From Promethearchaeota archaeon (GTDB lineage Archaea; Asgardarchaeota; Lokiarchaeia; Sigyniarchaeales; SOKP01): a stretch of DNA of 64,000 bases. The stretch spans positions 32,001 through 96,000 of the forward strand of contig JAHPZA010000010.1 in the NCBI GenBank assembly GCA_019058445.1, written 5' to 3'. This document shows positions 20,657-30,840 of the stretch, in pieces; the stretch's first letter is position 1, and the number at the start of each line of letters is the position of its first letter. The notes under the pieces were generated by a model. That model searched no databases. It worked only from the letters and a program-made list of their open reading frames with translations, and had not been told where the DNA came from. Both the position numbers and the translations under genes were made by a program.

Positions 20657-21871
20657 TTAGGGGTCACATATTAATTCTACTTTATTATAATCAATATATC
20701 TCGCAAAATCTTTAAATCGTTCAATTTTTGCCATAGAATAAAACCAGTCATCTTTAGAATCAAAATTATTTAAGATGCTATATGATTTATTTTTAAGTCG
20801 ATTTTCACTTATCAAGATTCCTGTAACACTTAGTAGACTAGCTATCATTGCTGGAGTTAAAATTTTATTCCGGAATTTAAATTCGACAGAGGTGCTTTCA
20901 ATTAATTCCTTCAGTTCTGTTGTAGAAATCTTAACTTTCGAATCTTGTGAAAAGAAATTCGCCAATTCATACAATAAATACTCATAAAAATCAGGTTCGA
21001 CAAAGATATACTCATCAAAGACATCCATATTATAATAATCAATCCAATCATAAGTTATTCCAAATAAATCAATAAGATCATCCCGGCTAATTTCTTTATT
21101 TTTTTCCAGATAATCATAGATCTCTTGTAAAAATTGAATAGCGTGTCTAGGTGCCGCTCTATGGCATTGATGTAGAAGGAAGTTAATGAATTCTAGAATA
21201 TCAAAATATTCCTCTAATGGTAATTTAAAAGCCATGCACCACCTCTGTATTATAATATCAAGATTTTGGTTATATAGATAATTTGATATGTCAAATTTAA
21301 AATCAAATTTAGGCAATTTTGATAATTCATAAGGAATAAGTTTCTTATTTCTTGTTGATATTGTAGTTATTTCTGTCTCCTTCAATAGATTCAAAAGTTT
21401 TGCATAATCCGGAATTTTTAACTGCTCTACGTTTGTAAGAATAACAATTAGATTCATATCTATTCGGGATCTAACAAGTATGAATAACTTCTTTAATTTG
21501 TTAAAATTCGAATTAACATAATTCTGCAAGTTATATCTTAATGAAAAATATTGGTTTAGATCTTTGATTATGCGAAATAATATGAATTCTTTACTTTTAT
21601 CAGTACAATCAATAATCGGTATTGTATGAAATGGTACTTTTATCCTTTTTTCCTTTATTAATGCTTTGAAACATATTCTAATGACTGTAGTTTTCCCTAT
21701 TCCCAGGATACCTTGGATTATAATATTTAACAAGTAATTATTATTCAGCGACTTTTCAAGGTATCCTGATATAAGTTCAATAAGATCATCTCTGTATTTA
21801 AAAACAGATGGAATATATCGAAGATCCCCAATTGCCTCATAACCAACGAATTTGATGTTTTTGGTTGACAT
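20657..21871 (-). CDS. Divergent Cdc6/Orc1-like AAA+ protein
   Basis: YIPSVFKYRD N-terminus, GILGIGKTT Walker A, degenerate Walker B (IVILTNVE), PRHAIQFL sensor region. Confidence 0.65.
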   Translation of the reverse strand: MSTKNIKFVGYEAIGDLRYIPSVFKYRDDLIELISGYLEKSLNNNYLLNIIIQGILGIGKTTVIRICFKALIKEKRIKVPFHTIPIIDCTDKSKEFILFRIIKDLNQYFSLRYNLQNYVNSNFNKLKKLFILVRSRIDMNLIVILTNVEQLKIPDYAKLLNLLKETEITTISTRNKKLIPYELSKLPKFDFKFDISNYLYNQNLDIIIQRWCMAFKLPLEEYFDILEFINFLLHQCHRAAPRHAIQFLQEIYDYLEKNKEISRDDLIDLFGITYDWIDYYNMDVFDEYIFVEPDFYEYLLYELANFFSQDSKVKISTTELKELIESTSVEFKFRNKILTPAMIASLLSVTGILISENRLKNKSYSILNNFDSKDDWFYSMAKIERFKDFARYIDYNKVELICDP

Positions 21872-22354
21872 AGTGGTTTATAGCCAAGTAAGATAAATTT
21901 TTTTTTTTTTTTATTATTTTTAATAAAACTATTTAAACCTATAGTCAAGTTTAAATCTTTGAAAGATTCATGTATTTAGAAAAAGTATTAGTCTGCAAGG
22001 AGAAAGATATGCTTATTTCTCTTTTTTAAACAGAAATAATCATTTTTGAACATTAACGACTTCAGTAATATTACCAATTTCGTCATAATGCTCCCGATTT
22101 AAAGCTTTCGCTAATGCAATAGGGATAATATTCTTCCGGACCCTGATATTTCATACTTATAATATTTAATGGTCTCTCCATTCGCCCAATAAAGAAAATC
22201 GAGCACCTAAAATTTTTTATCAAAATATCTGCGTTTTATTTTAGAGATCCTTTATCCAAACGAATTTATTTTCCCTTTTTTAATGTGTATTCTTTGTTAT
22301 TATAAATCACAACCCTATCAGACTATATAAAACGGGTTTCTTTATTTACTATAG

Positions 22355-22600
22355 ATGGTTGAACTGGAAGACTGGATCTTCAAGGCATGTGAGCGACTCA
22401 TCAAAAACGCCTTGGCAAAGATCAATATGGTCCAGCAACCGATTAAGGTCTATTCGGAAGCTTACTATGCAATTGCTTGTTTGGGTTTGCATATAAAAGC
22501 TCAAAAGGCAGGCTTGTTCGATAAGCAGCTATGAAAGAAGAATGAAGATATAGAGCGCAATATAGGAGCCCTAGAAGCATTTTTATGGAAGGAGATTTAA
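22355..22600 (+). pseudogene. Short ORF or gene relic with internal TGA (22532-22534)
   Basis: ATG 22355, 59 codons, TGA, then the frame continues to TAA at 22600; GC-richer than its flanks. Confidence 0.35.
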
Positions 22601-22668
22601 TAAGTCGTTTAAATATTTTTTGTTTAAATATTTATATATGAACTATATTCAAAAAACAGAAGGGAATT

Positions 22669-23478
22669 ATGAAAAAAACACAATTAATTACATATCAAAA
22701 TTTCAGAGATATAAATCAAAGATATATTAAATATTATTCCTCATTTACAAACAATACAGTAAGGCTCAATATTATCGATTATCCCCGCTTGAAGGATTAT
22801 ATTATAGAGCATTACAATGAGGAGGAGCTTAAATGGATTTTCAACCACTGTCCCTATACCCTCAAATTAGCGCCACGGGAGGGCGATGTGAAAGAATTTA
22901 TGAGGGATAATATCAGGCAACATTCTACAATATGGGTGGTAAAGCGTGAAGGCAAAAAGATGGTATTTATCAATAGAGCAGAGGGGGGAATTTTTAGTAT
23001 AAAAGAAATGAAAGTGCTACGGGATTTAGATGAAACCCTATTAGATTACGATGAATTTGAAGAATATTTATTTGATGATTTTGTTGCTTTGCGCACACGG
23101 CTTTTTTGTGAGTCCATTGAGAAAAATTTCCTAGGTAGAAAGCAAGGGCCTAATAATTCCTCAAATTCTCTCGTTGAACAAATTGCAGATATATATAGAT
23201 ATTATGAAGATAAGGTAGAAGTCGATGAGGGGTTAAAAGATAGGGAAGGGATCGTACTGATACTTACGCACTTTAGCTTTTTGGAGGTTCATGACGATGA
23301 TACCGTTGGAATAGGATTTAAGGTTGATACCCCTCCGAATGTGGCAGCCACCCAGATCCTTAAATTAAAGGAGATCAAACAAATCAAGCAAATTTTAATC
23401 TATGAAAATTTTTATGTTAATGAGAGCGGAGAATTTCTGTGGAATCCTAAATTGAAAGTAAAGATAAGCGAGTCGTAA
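22669..23478 (+). CDS. Hypothetical protein
   Basis: 269-aa ORF with no recognised motif; more G/C-ending codons than core genes by eye. Confidence 0.65.
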   Translation: MKKTQLITYQNFRDINQRYIKYYSSFTNNTVRLNIIDYPRLKDYIIEHYNEEELKWIFNHCPYTLKLAPREGDVKEFMRDNIRQHSTIWVVKREGKKMVFINRAEGGIFSIKEMKVLRDLDETLLDYDEFEEYLFDDFVALRTRLFCESIEKNFLGRKQGPNNSSNSLVEQIADIYRYYEDKVEVDEGLKDREGIVLILTHFSFLEVHDDDTVGIGFKVDTPPNVAATQILKLKEIKQIKQILIYENFYVNESGEFLWNPKLKVKISES

Positions 23479-23782
23479 TCAGTAAAAAATTTGTATTTAA
23501 CAATGATTTATAATCGACTTCGATCCTTTTTCTACAAAATTTTGCTTGAAAAATAATGATAGCCTATAAATGTAAAATATCTTCTCCCGAAACATATGGG
23601 AATTAGTGAAAATGGAAACAAATCAATTCAGTTTTCTTACAAAATGGTATCATCATTGGGACAATATTTCTAATTTTTCTATTTTTTCATTCTTTTATCT
23701 TATAACTTTATGATGCAACATTCTTCGATATAAATAGAATGATTAGGTTTATGAATAAAATCATATTTTATTAATTCACTTT

Positions 23783-24514
23783 ATGGCAGAACCAACGATA
23801 TTCTTATTTGATTTAGATGGTGTTGTGCTAACTCAAAAAGCGCTCGAATATACCGCTTTAAAACAGCTTAGAAATAAGTGGTACAATTGGCAAAATATTA
23901 AAAATTTACGTCTCATTGATTTTGCGAGAATTTTTGAAGAGGGCGATTCTAAAAATAGGTTAAAAGCATTAATACAAGTTAATTTGGCATATAAATCAAT
24001 AATCCCTAATAGATGTAAGAGAATCTTATTTTTTATTAAATTTCGACGCTCTTATAAGAAGTATGAGAAAATTTATGAGCGCGTAAATCCGCAATTAAAA
24101 TCTATTTTAATTGAATTAAAAAATCATGGAATTATCTCTGGTATTGTATCAAATACGAGCAGAAAAAGATTAAGTTATTATACACTAAAATTTCATTTGG
24201 ATGAATATATTTCCTGCTTTATTTCACGAGATGATGTTCCTGTGAGAAAACCTCATCCATATCCCTTAATATTTGCATTAAGAGAAATTAAACATAAGTT
24301 TCAAATTCCTAAGCTTAATAAAAAGACTATTTTTTACATAGGGGATCTTTCTTCAGATATTATATGTGCTAAAGCTGCGAATGTGAATAGTATTGCATTA
24401 CTCTCTGGACATGGTACAGAAAACCAATTAAGAGATTCAAAACCGGATTATTGTATTAAAGAAATTAGAGATATATTGGAGATTGAGCCAGTCAAAAAAT
24501 TATTATCCAAGTAA
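23783..24514 (+). CDS. HAD-superfamily hydrolase (phosphoglycolate phosphatase-like)
   Basis: FDLDGV, VSN, KPHP, IGDLSSD. Confidence 0.9.
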   Translation: MAEPTIFLFDLDGVVLTQKALEYTALKQLRNKWYNWQNIKNLRLIDFARIFEEGDSKNRLKALIQVNLAYKSIIPNRCKRILFFIKFRRSYKKYEKIYERVNPQLKSILIELKNHGIISGIVSNTSRKRLSYYTLKFHLDEYISCFISRDDVPVRKPHPYPLIFALREIKHKFQIPKLNKKTIFYIGDLSSDIICAKAANVNSIALLSGHGTENQLRDSKPDYCIKEIRDILEIEPVKKLLSK

Positions 24515-24531
24515 ATATTAACCTACTTGAT

Positions 24532-27252
24532 ATGTTTAATCTGGAAGATTTTTATGATTATGAAGAAATTGAACCATTAATTATAAGATTAAATAAGTTA
24601 TTAAATAAAGAGAAATTTACCAAAATCCCCAAAATCATAAAGGAGCTTGAGGAATTATTGGAGGATGATGAGCTTCGCGTTCCAGCGACATATATTCTAA
24701 GTATTCTGGCTGAAAATCATATTGAATTGATATCTCCAGATTTAATTGAAAGAATTGAGCCATTTATTAAAGCTGAAGATGAAAAACTAAAAATAAATTC
24801 GATTATTATTTTAGGTTTTTTAATTCTTGAAAATACGACTTTTATAAAAAAATATTTTTCTATTTTTATCCATTTATTAGTTGACAATTCCGAAGATGTT
24901 AGAGACAATGTGCATTATTTTATTCAGGAATTTATCAAGGATTCTCCAAGCATTATTAAATCTTACCCAGATCTACTTTTGGAAGCTCTCAAATTAGAGA
25001 ATAAGAAAGAAAATATAATTTCTCTATTAAATTTTTGTAATCACCTTAAGAATTTGGATTTTAAGCAAATTTACAGTTTTAGAGAGATTGCTAGTGAGTT
25101 GATTTTGAGTGATGTTATGATTAACTCCCCTGAAATTTTTACAAATTTAGAACATTTACTCATACAATTTTTTCCATTATTAAAAGATGTTAATCTTAAT
25201 AATTTAAAAGCTAATGACCTGATCAAATTATTGGATAACCAATTTTTAATGAAAAAACAAAATATTTCAAAAATAGCGAAAGCAAAAAACGTTAATGCTC
25301 AGAACTATATTGAAGACATTAAAAAAACACGATTAAAAGAGATAGAGATCTATTTTTATATAAAGGATAAAAAAACACTTGAAATTTATTTTTATGAACT
25401 AGAAAAAAGTAAGCTTCATGAAATTTTTAATATAAATAATAAAGTTTCATTTGAAAAATTGAAAAAAATATTTTCCCAAATAATAGAAAGTGATTCAGAG
25501 TTAAAGCTATTTATAGAAACTTTACTTAAATTAAATTTTATTAAAGGTTACTTCTCAGACTTTTATTTTTATCCTTACGAATACCTGAAATCTGATATTA
25601 ATAATCAATTTCTAAACAAGGGATTGATTAATATAAAAAAGCATTATGATTTCTTACCCTCTAAATTGGTCCATGATATAATTTTAGAGCTTAATCATGA
25701 TTTTTTAAGAGGAAAAAATTTCGCTGTTTATTATTCATTTAAAAAAATTATTAAGCAAATTAATAGAGTAGCTGCTAACAATAGCGTTATAGACCTTAAA
25801 TCTTATAGAAAGAAATTACTTGAGGAAGATTTTATTAAATTAATCAAGAATTTACCAAAGGATTATTTAACCAATTTTCATAAGGGAACTTCTTGGTTAA
25901 CCAATATAGGAAGAATTCGAATTGAAGATGAATTAGAAAACTCAAAATTAATTGGATTTATAAACATTATCCGAATTTCTGAAAAATTGAAAATAAATAG
26001 GCTATTGTTAATGGATATATTACTTTTAAATATAGACCCTAGAAGTGGCATATGGGATAAAAATAAAGAAATTTTTTATTTTTCAAAATATTTAAATGAC
26101 CGAATTGATGAAATCAATTTAATTTCTGACGAAACTAATAAAAAAGAACAAATTACTGCAGTTGCCGAAGACCTCAATATAGATATTGATCATATATTAT
26201 CTAAAATTGATGAAAATCTCAAATTAATTGGTAAAGAAATCAAAGATAAGGATGAGATCAATATCTTTGAATATATTGAGAAAACCGGTATGACTTATGA
26301 TGTATTTTTTAGCTTTATTAATGAATTAGGTCTAAATTACTTTAAAAAAGGAGATCAGTTAATTCTTAGCGCAAAAAAGATAGAAGAAGCAAAAAATAGT
26401 ATCAAACATAACTTAATTGATAGATCAAAATCTGCCAATCATATTTCGTTAGGAAATTTTGAAATTAACTCAGAATTGATAAAAGAATTAATTGAAGAAT
26501 TAAGAAAGGATGGTAAGTTAAAAGGGATTTTTCATGAAGAATCGGGCGAAATAGTTTTTTACACATTAAAGGGAATACGCAATTTGATGTTAGAAAATAG
26601 CTTTCTCTTTTCATTTGAAGATCTTTTTTATGGAAAAGAATTAGATGAAGAAGAGATAGGTTTTTTGAAAGTAATATTAGAAGATTTAATAAAGGAGAGA
26701 AAATTAAAAGGTACTTTTGATATTAACACAAATACCTTTTCAAGTAAAGAACTCTTGTTTGAATTTGATTATAATACAGTGGTGGATGACTTTAGAAAGA
26801 CGGTCAATAATCATATAAAAAAATTCAATATTGAATTTCAGAAAATCAAGAAAATTTTATCCAAACGAGAGGAAAATATATTTCCCCAAGAAATAAAAAT
26901 CATACAAGATACAATTGATAGAATAAATCTGAATTACGTAAAATGGAGAGCTCAATTAAATGCTTATGTAATTGAAGCTAATAAAAAATTGCTTAAAGAT
27001 CAAGGATATAGTTTCAAGAGATATCAAAATTTACCGATTGAAAAAAAGAAAGAAGTAAAGCTTTTTAAAGAAGATCCAGATATTTACGAGCTCTTGGATA
27101 AATTTAATCAGTGGGTTAAAATTTTTAATGAAATTGAGCTCAATTATGGTAAAATAATTTTTCTTCAAAAAAGATTAATAAATAATCCAGATGATGAAAA
27201 CACTAAAAATGATCTTGATGAATTGTTATTATATTTAAATCTAAATAGCTGA
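24532..27252 (+). CDS. Large protein with N-terminal HEAT/ARM repeats and tandem winged-helix (PCI/UFL1-like) repeats
   Basis: HEAT-like LLVDNSEDVRDN; repeated 'L...G.IKG.F' and 'G.I.I..I...L' units. Confidence 0.55.
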   Translation: MFNLEDFYDYEEIEPLIIRLNKLLNKEKFTKIPKIIKELEELLEDDELRVPATYILSILAENHIELISPDLIERIEPFIKAEDEKLKINSIIILGFLILENTTFIKKYFSIFIHLLVDNSEDVRDNVHYFIQEFIKDSPSIIKSYPDLLLEALKLENKKENIISLLNFCNHLKNLDFKQIYSFREIASELILSDVMINSPEIFTNLEHLLIQFFPLLKDVNLNNLKANDLIKLLDNQFLMKKQNISKIAKAKNVNAQNYIEDIKKTRLKEIEIYFYIKDKKTLEIYFYELEKSKLHEIFNINNKVSFEKLKKIFSQIIESDSELKLFIETLLKLNFIKGYFSDFYFYPYEYLKSDINNQFLNKGLINIKKHYDFLPSKLVHDIILELNHDFLRGKNFAVYYSFKKIIKQINRVAANNSVIDLKSYRKKLLEEDFIKLIKNLPKDYLTNFHKGTSWLTNIGRIRIEDELENSKLIGFINIIRISEKLKINRLLLMDILLLNIDPRSGIWDKNKEIFYFSKYLNDRIDEINLISDETNKKEQITAVAEDLNIDIDHILSKIDENLKLIGKEIKDKDEINIFEYIEKTGMTYDVFFSFINELGLNYFKKGDQLILSAKKIEEAKNSIKHNLIDRSKSANHISLGNFEINSELIKELIEELRKDGKLKGIFHEESGEIVFYTLKGIRNLMLENSFLFSFEDLFYGKELDEEEIGFLKVILEDLIKERKLKGTFDINTNTFSSKELLFEFDYNTVVDDFRKTVNNHIKKFNIEFQKIKKILSKREENIFPQEIKIIQDTIDRINLNYVKWRAQLNAYVIEANKKLLKDQGYSFKRYQNLPIEKKKEVKLFKEDPDIYELLDKFNQWVKIFNEIELNYGKIIFLQKRLINNPDDENTKNDLDELLLYLNLNS

Positions 27253-27266
27253 TTATTTATTATCTT

Positions 27267-27551
27267 TTATTTATTATTCCTATCAATATGAGAAATGAAT
27301 TTTTCAACATCAATCTTAGAAGAGGCTCTAATCTTATATGTTTTTGGCTTTATAATGCCATTTTCCTCAAGAATACCTTCCTTTGCGAGAAAATCAAGAC
27401 TGCGCCAAATAAAATTAATCTTAGATCGATTCGAAGATTTAATATTATAGCATCTTCTAATACGTTTAGTATTAACAATCGTTATGTTGTTATCCATTAA
27501 TTTATTTATAGCTTCAAGCGTTTCTTTAACGTTTTTTAGGAAAAAATCCAT
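27267..27551 (-). CDS. Small basic protein, probably winged helix
   Basis: 94 aa; FIWRSLDFLAKEGIL...PKTYKI pattern. Confidence 0.6.
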   Translation of the reverse strand: MDFFLKNVKETLEAINKLMDNNITIVNTKRIRRCYNIKSSNRSKINFIWRSLDFLAKEGILEENGIIKPKTYKIRASSKIDVEKFISHIDRNNK

Positions 27552-27869
27552 CTAAGCGAAGTACCTCTTAATTAGACTAAATTACGTTATAAATTATTTT
27601 AATTGGCTAAAATATTCAAGTAAAATATTAGGTTTATAAATATTGGGTTTATGAGTGTAATTTTATAATATATAAAATTATATTTTTAGGAGTTTATTAA
27701 TCTTTTTTTCTTAAAAAAAAATCTTTTTAAAAAGTAAGAACTGTAAAGTTTATAGATTTTAATAAATTACATCGTGAAAATTCTAAAAGATTTTAGGTAA
27801 TTAGCTCTAAATTTCGATTTTATTATATTTTAAAAGGTATTATTAAGATATTAAGGAAAATTCCATAAT

Positions 27870-29483
27870 TTAATGGCGAAAAACTCTTTTTCCACAAAAA
27901 ACTAGAGCACAATCCAGCTCATCAGCTCGTTTTATAATCATATTATCTCGAATTGAACCACCTGGATTAATTATTGCTTTCGCTCCCGCGTCTACAGCAA
28001 CTTCCAATCCATCTGGAAATGGGAAGAAAGAGTCTGTTCCCATAAAAGAGTTTTTAAGTTCCTCCTTATGTCCGAATTCAATAGCTTTTTGTACAGCTAA
28101 TTTTACAACATGAACACGACTCTGTTGACCAGCACCTATGCCAATAGAATAGAAGCCAGAATCATACATTTGAGCAAAACAAGCCGAATTTGATTTGGCC
28201 CATTTTGATACCTTATAAGCGAATATTAAGGCTTCTTTTTCGCTTTCACTAACAGAATTTTTACTTACAACATTCCATTCTTTAATTACAGGTTTATAGT
28301 CATATTCTTGTACTACAACTCCGCCCAATGTGGAACGAATTTCCAATTGTTTATAGATTTCATCTCTTTTTTCAAGAAAATCCCCAAATTCTAAGATTCT
28401 CAGGTTTTCCTTCTGCCTTAGGATTTCTAAAGCTTCTTTATCAAAAGTCGGGGCTAACAGTACTTCCACGAATATTTTCTCTTTATTTACTATAAAATCT
28501 GCAACTTCCCTTGTTAATTCATGATTGACACCCCATATCCCACCAAATGCGGATAATGGATCGCAGCTAAAAGCCATTTGTACTGATTTCAATTGTGTTT
28601 TCGTGTCTATTGCCATCCCATTTGGAGATGTATGTTTTAAAATTGCTGTTACGTGGTGTTCTGTACCCATATCAAGTAACATTTGCATACAAGCATCAAT
28701 ATCTAAATAATTATTAAATGAAATCTGTTTACCCCCTAATTGCTTAAAACTGTGTAAGCCTTGTTTAGTAGAGATATCGCGATAATAAGCAGCATTTTGG
28801 TCCCAATTTTCTCCATATCTGCAATCTTGGACTTTTTCATAGATTTTATAAATTCTATCTCTCATTTTTACATCAGGATTATAATATTGCTGCAAATAAT
28901 TCGCAATTGATAGGTTATAATCAGCCATAATAGCAAATACTTCCTGAGCTAACATAGCTCTAGTTTTTTCTGTTATAGCCCCTCTATTCTTTCTCATTTC
29001 ACTTATTATCTCATCATAATATTCAGAACTTGGGATCACTATTACGTCTGGATAATTCTTTGCAGCCGATCTAATCATCGTTGGACCACCTATGTCGATC
29101 ATTTCCAATGCTTCTTCTAAAGTAACATTTGGTTTCTCAATTGCCTCTTTAAATTGATATAAATTACATACAACCATATCTATGGAACGAATATGGAATC
29201 TTTCCGCGTCTTCAATATCTTTTTGAACATTTCGACGATATAAAATTCCACCCTCTATTTTTGGATGTAATGTTTTAACTCTTCCATTAAACATTTCAGG
29301 AGATTGAGTATATTCAGAGATTTTTACGTATTTGATTCCATTTTGTTCTAATAATTTGCCAGTACCTCCAGTTGACAAGATTTCTACCCCAAATTCATTT
29401 ACCAAGGTTTTTACAAAATTTAAAACATTTGTTTTATCAAATACACTTACAATTGCTCGTTCAATTTTTTTCATAGAAACCAA
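27870..29483 (-). CDS. purH: Bifunctional AICAR transformylase/IMP cyclohydrolase
   Basis: STGGT, GRVKTLHP, IDIGGPTMIRSAAKN, RYGEN, GAGQQSRV, DSFFPFPD, terminal FRH. Confidence 0.96.
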   Translation of the reverse strand: MVSMKKIERAIVSVFDKTNVLNFVKTLVNEFGVEILSTGGTGKLLEQNGIKYVKISEYTQSPEMFNGRVKTLHPKIEGGILYRRNVQKDIEDAERFHIRSIDMVVCNLYQFKEAIEKPNVTLEEALEMIDIGGPTMIRSAAKNYPDVIVIPSSEYYDEIISEMRKNRGAITEKTRAMLAQEVFAIMADYNLSIANYLQQYYNPDVKMRDRIYKIYEKVQDCRYGENWDQNAAYYRDISTKQGLHSFKQLGGKQISFNNYLDIDACMQMLLDMGTEHHVTAILKHTSPNGMAIDTKTQLKSVQMAFSCDPLSAFGGIWGVNHELTREVADFIVNKEKIFVEVLLAPTFDKEALEILRQKENLRILEFGDFLEKRDEIYKQLEIRSTLGGVVVQEYDYKPVIKEWNVVSKNSVSESEKEALIFAYKVSKWAKSNSACFAQMYDSGFYSIGIGAGQQSRVHVVKLAVQKAIEFGHKEELKNSFMGTDSFFPFPDGLEVAVDAGAKAIINPGGSIRDNMIIKRADELDCALVFCGKRVFRH

Positions 29484-29625
29484 TCCTAATAAAATGATTC
29501 GAAATTATGATTCCAATTTAGATTAATATTAGAAATAGTTAAAATTTAATTAATTAACGTTTAATAAAAAGAAAAAATTTAGGATTTTAAATCTTAGATT
29601 GTTTTTCATAATTAAAAAGGTAATA

Positions 29626-30681
29626 TTATTTTAAATTGGGCAAATCTCCAATCACATCTTTTCCACGCTCAACTATTTCGGGATTTTTGAGCAATCTTAC
29701 GCCACATTCAGTTAATACTGCTTTTTTCTCTTCTTCATTAAAAATATTTGCTTCAAATTTTTGAAATTTTATGTATTCTATGGCTAAATTTAATCGTAGT
29801 AGTTCATGAAAAATAAATCTTATATCCATATTGCACCCCGCAATTAATAACTCATCAGTTTTATGTTTAATTGCGTTTTTGATAAGAGACCCAATCGTAG
29901 CACTAACACGGGGAACTATGAACTGCATTATTGAAGTTGTGGCTACTAAGGCAACTTTTTCTAAAATTTTTATCCATCGATTGTTATCAACATTATAAAG
30001 AACCCAATCCACTTCAAATCCATACCTTTTATCAGGTTCGACAAATTCCAAATATTCCATTTCTTCAATTTCATTGTTAGGCTTAAATGAAAGACTAACT
30101 TCTCTTAATTCATCGATATATAAAAGCTCTCCATCCTCTCCAGAGTAAGTCTTAACTTTATCTTTAGGAACTTGAAACAACTCGAAGCACATTAATATCG
30201 CAGTTTTTACAATACTAGGTGGATCTTTAATAGTTGTTTTTAGTGTTTCAAGCGATTTTCTTGCCATTCTGATATATTCTAATAGTTCATCTTGATTACT
30301 AATATTGATTTTAGCTGCTAGTGCTTTAGGATCTTTATCGGCGAATTCTAAGAATACCCCTAAGTTATCTATTTGAGTTTGCTCAATTATATTAGTTACA
30401 TCCTTTTTTGATAATCCTTTTTTAACTAAAAAGACTTTTAAAGGCCCTTCTCTTTCAGATATTTTAATCTTTCTTTCTTTTACTTTCTCACGTAATTTTT
30501 TAATTGCTTTTATGACCCTTCTGTCTTCTTGTTTATCAAGTTCATCAAAATTAAGCAATTTTTCTTCCTGAGATCCCGGAAAAAGTCTCTCATCTAATTT
30601 TAGAGTTTTCGAGTCAAATTCTTCTTGTGGACTGAAAATCGTAGAAAATGCAAATCTTAAATTGCCTCTAACGTCAACCAT
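29626..30681 (-). CDS. Hypothetical protein
   Basis: 351-aa ORF with no recognised motif. Confidence 0.7.
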   Translation of the reverse strand: MVDVRGNLRFAFSTIFSPQEEFDSKTLKLDERLFPGSQEEKLLNFDELDKQEDRRVIKAIKKLREKVKERKIKISEREGPLKVFLVKKGLSKKDVTNIIEQTQIDNLGVFLEFADKDPKALAAKINISNQDELLEYIRMARKSLETLKTTIKDPPSIVKTAILMCFELFQVPKDKVKTYSGEDGELLYIDELREVSLSFKPNNEIEEMEYLEFVEPDKRYGFEVDWVLYNVDNNRWIKILEKVALVATTSIMQFIVPRVSATIGSLIKNAIKHKTDELLIAGCNMDIRFIFHELLRLNLAIEYIKFQKFEANIFNEEEKKAVLTECGVRLLKNPEIVERGKDVIGDLPNLK

Positions 30682-30840
30682 ACTAAATTCTCACTCATAT
30701 AGAAATTTTAATAAATAATACAAGAAGTTCCTTTTAATATTATGTAATATGTTGCGTTTTCGGTTTAATATTTAGGTAGACTTAATATTAAATGTGAAAG
30801 TAGAGTGAGAATAGAGATTAAATAGGACTTAAGAATAGAG

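Noticed and set aside
22000-22370. Minus-strand coding-like relic
   Set aside because: Multiple stops and a frameshift with no recognisable family; mentioned only as part of the island.
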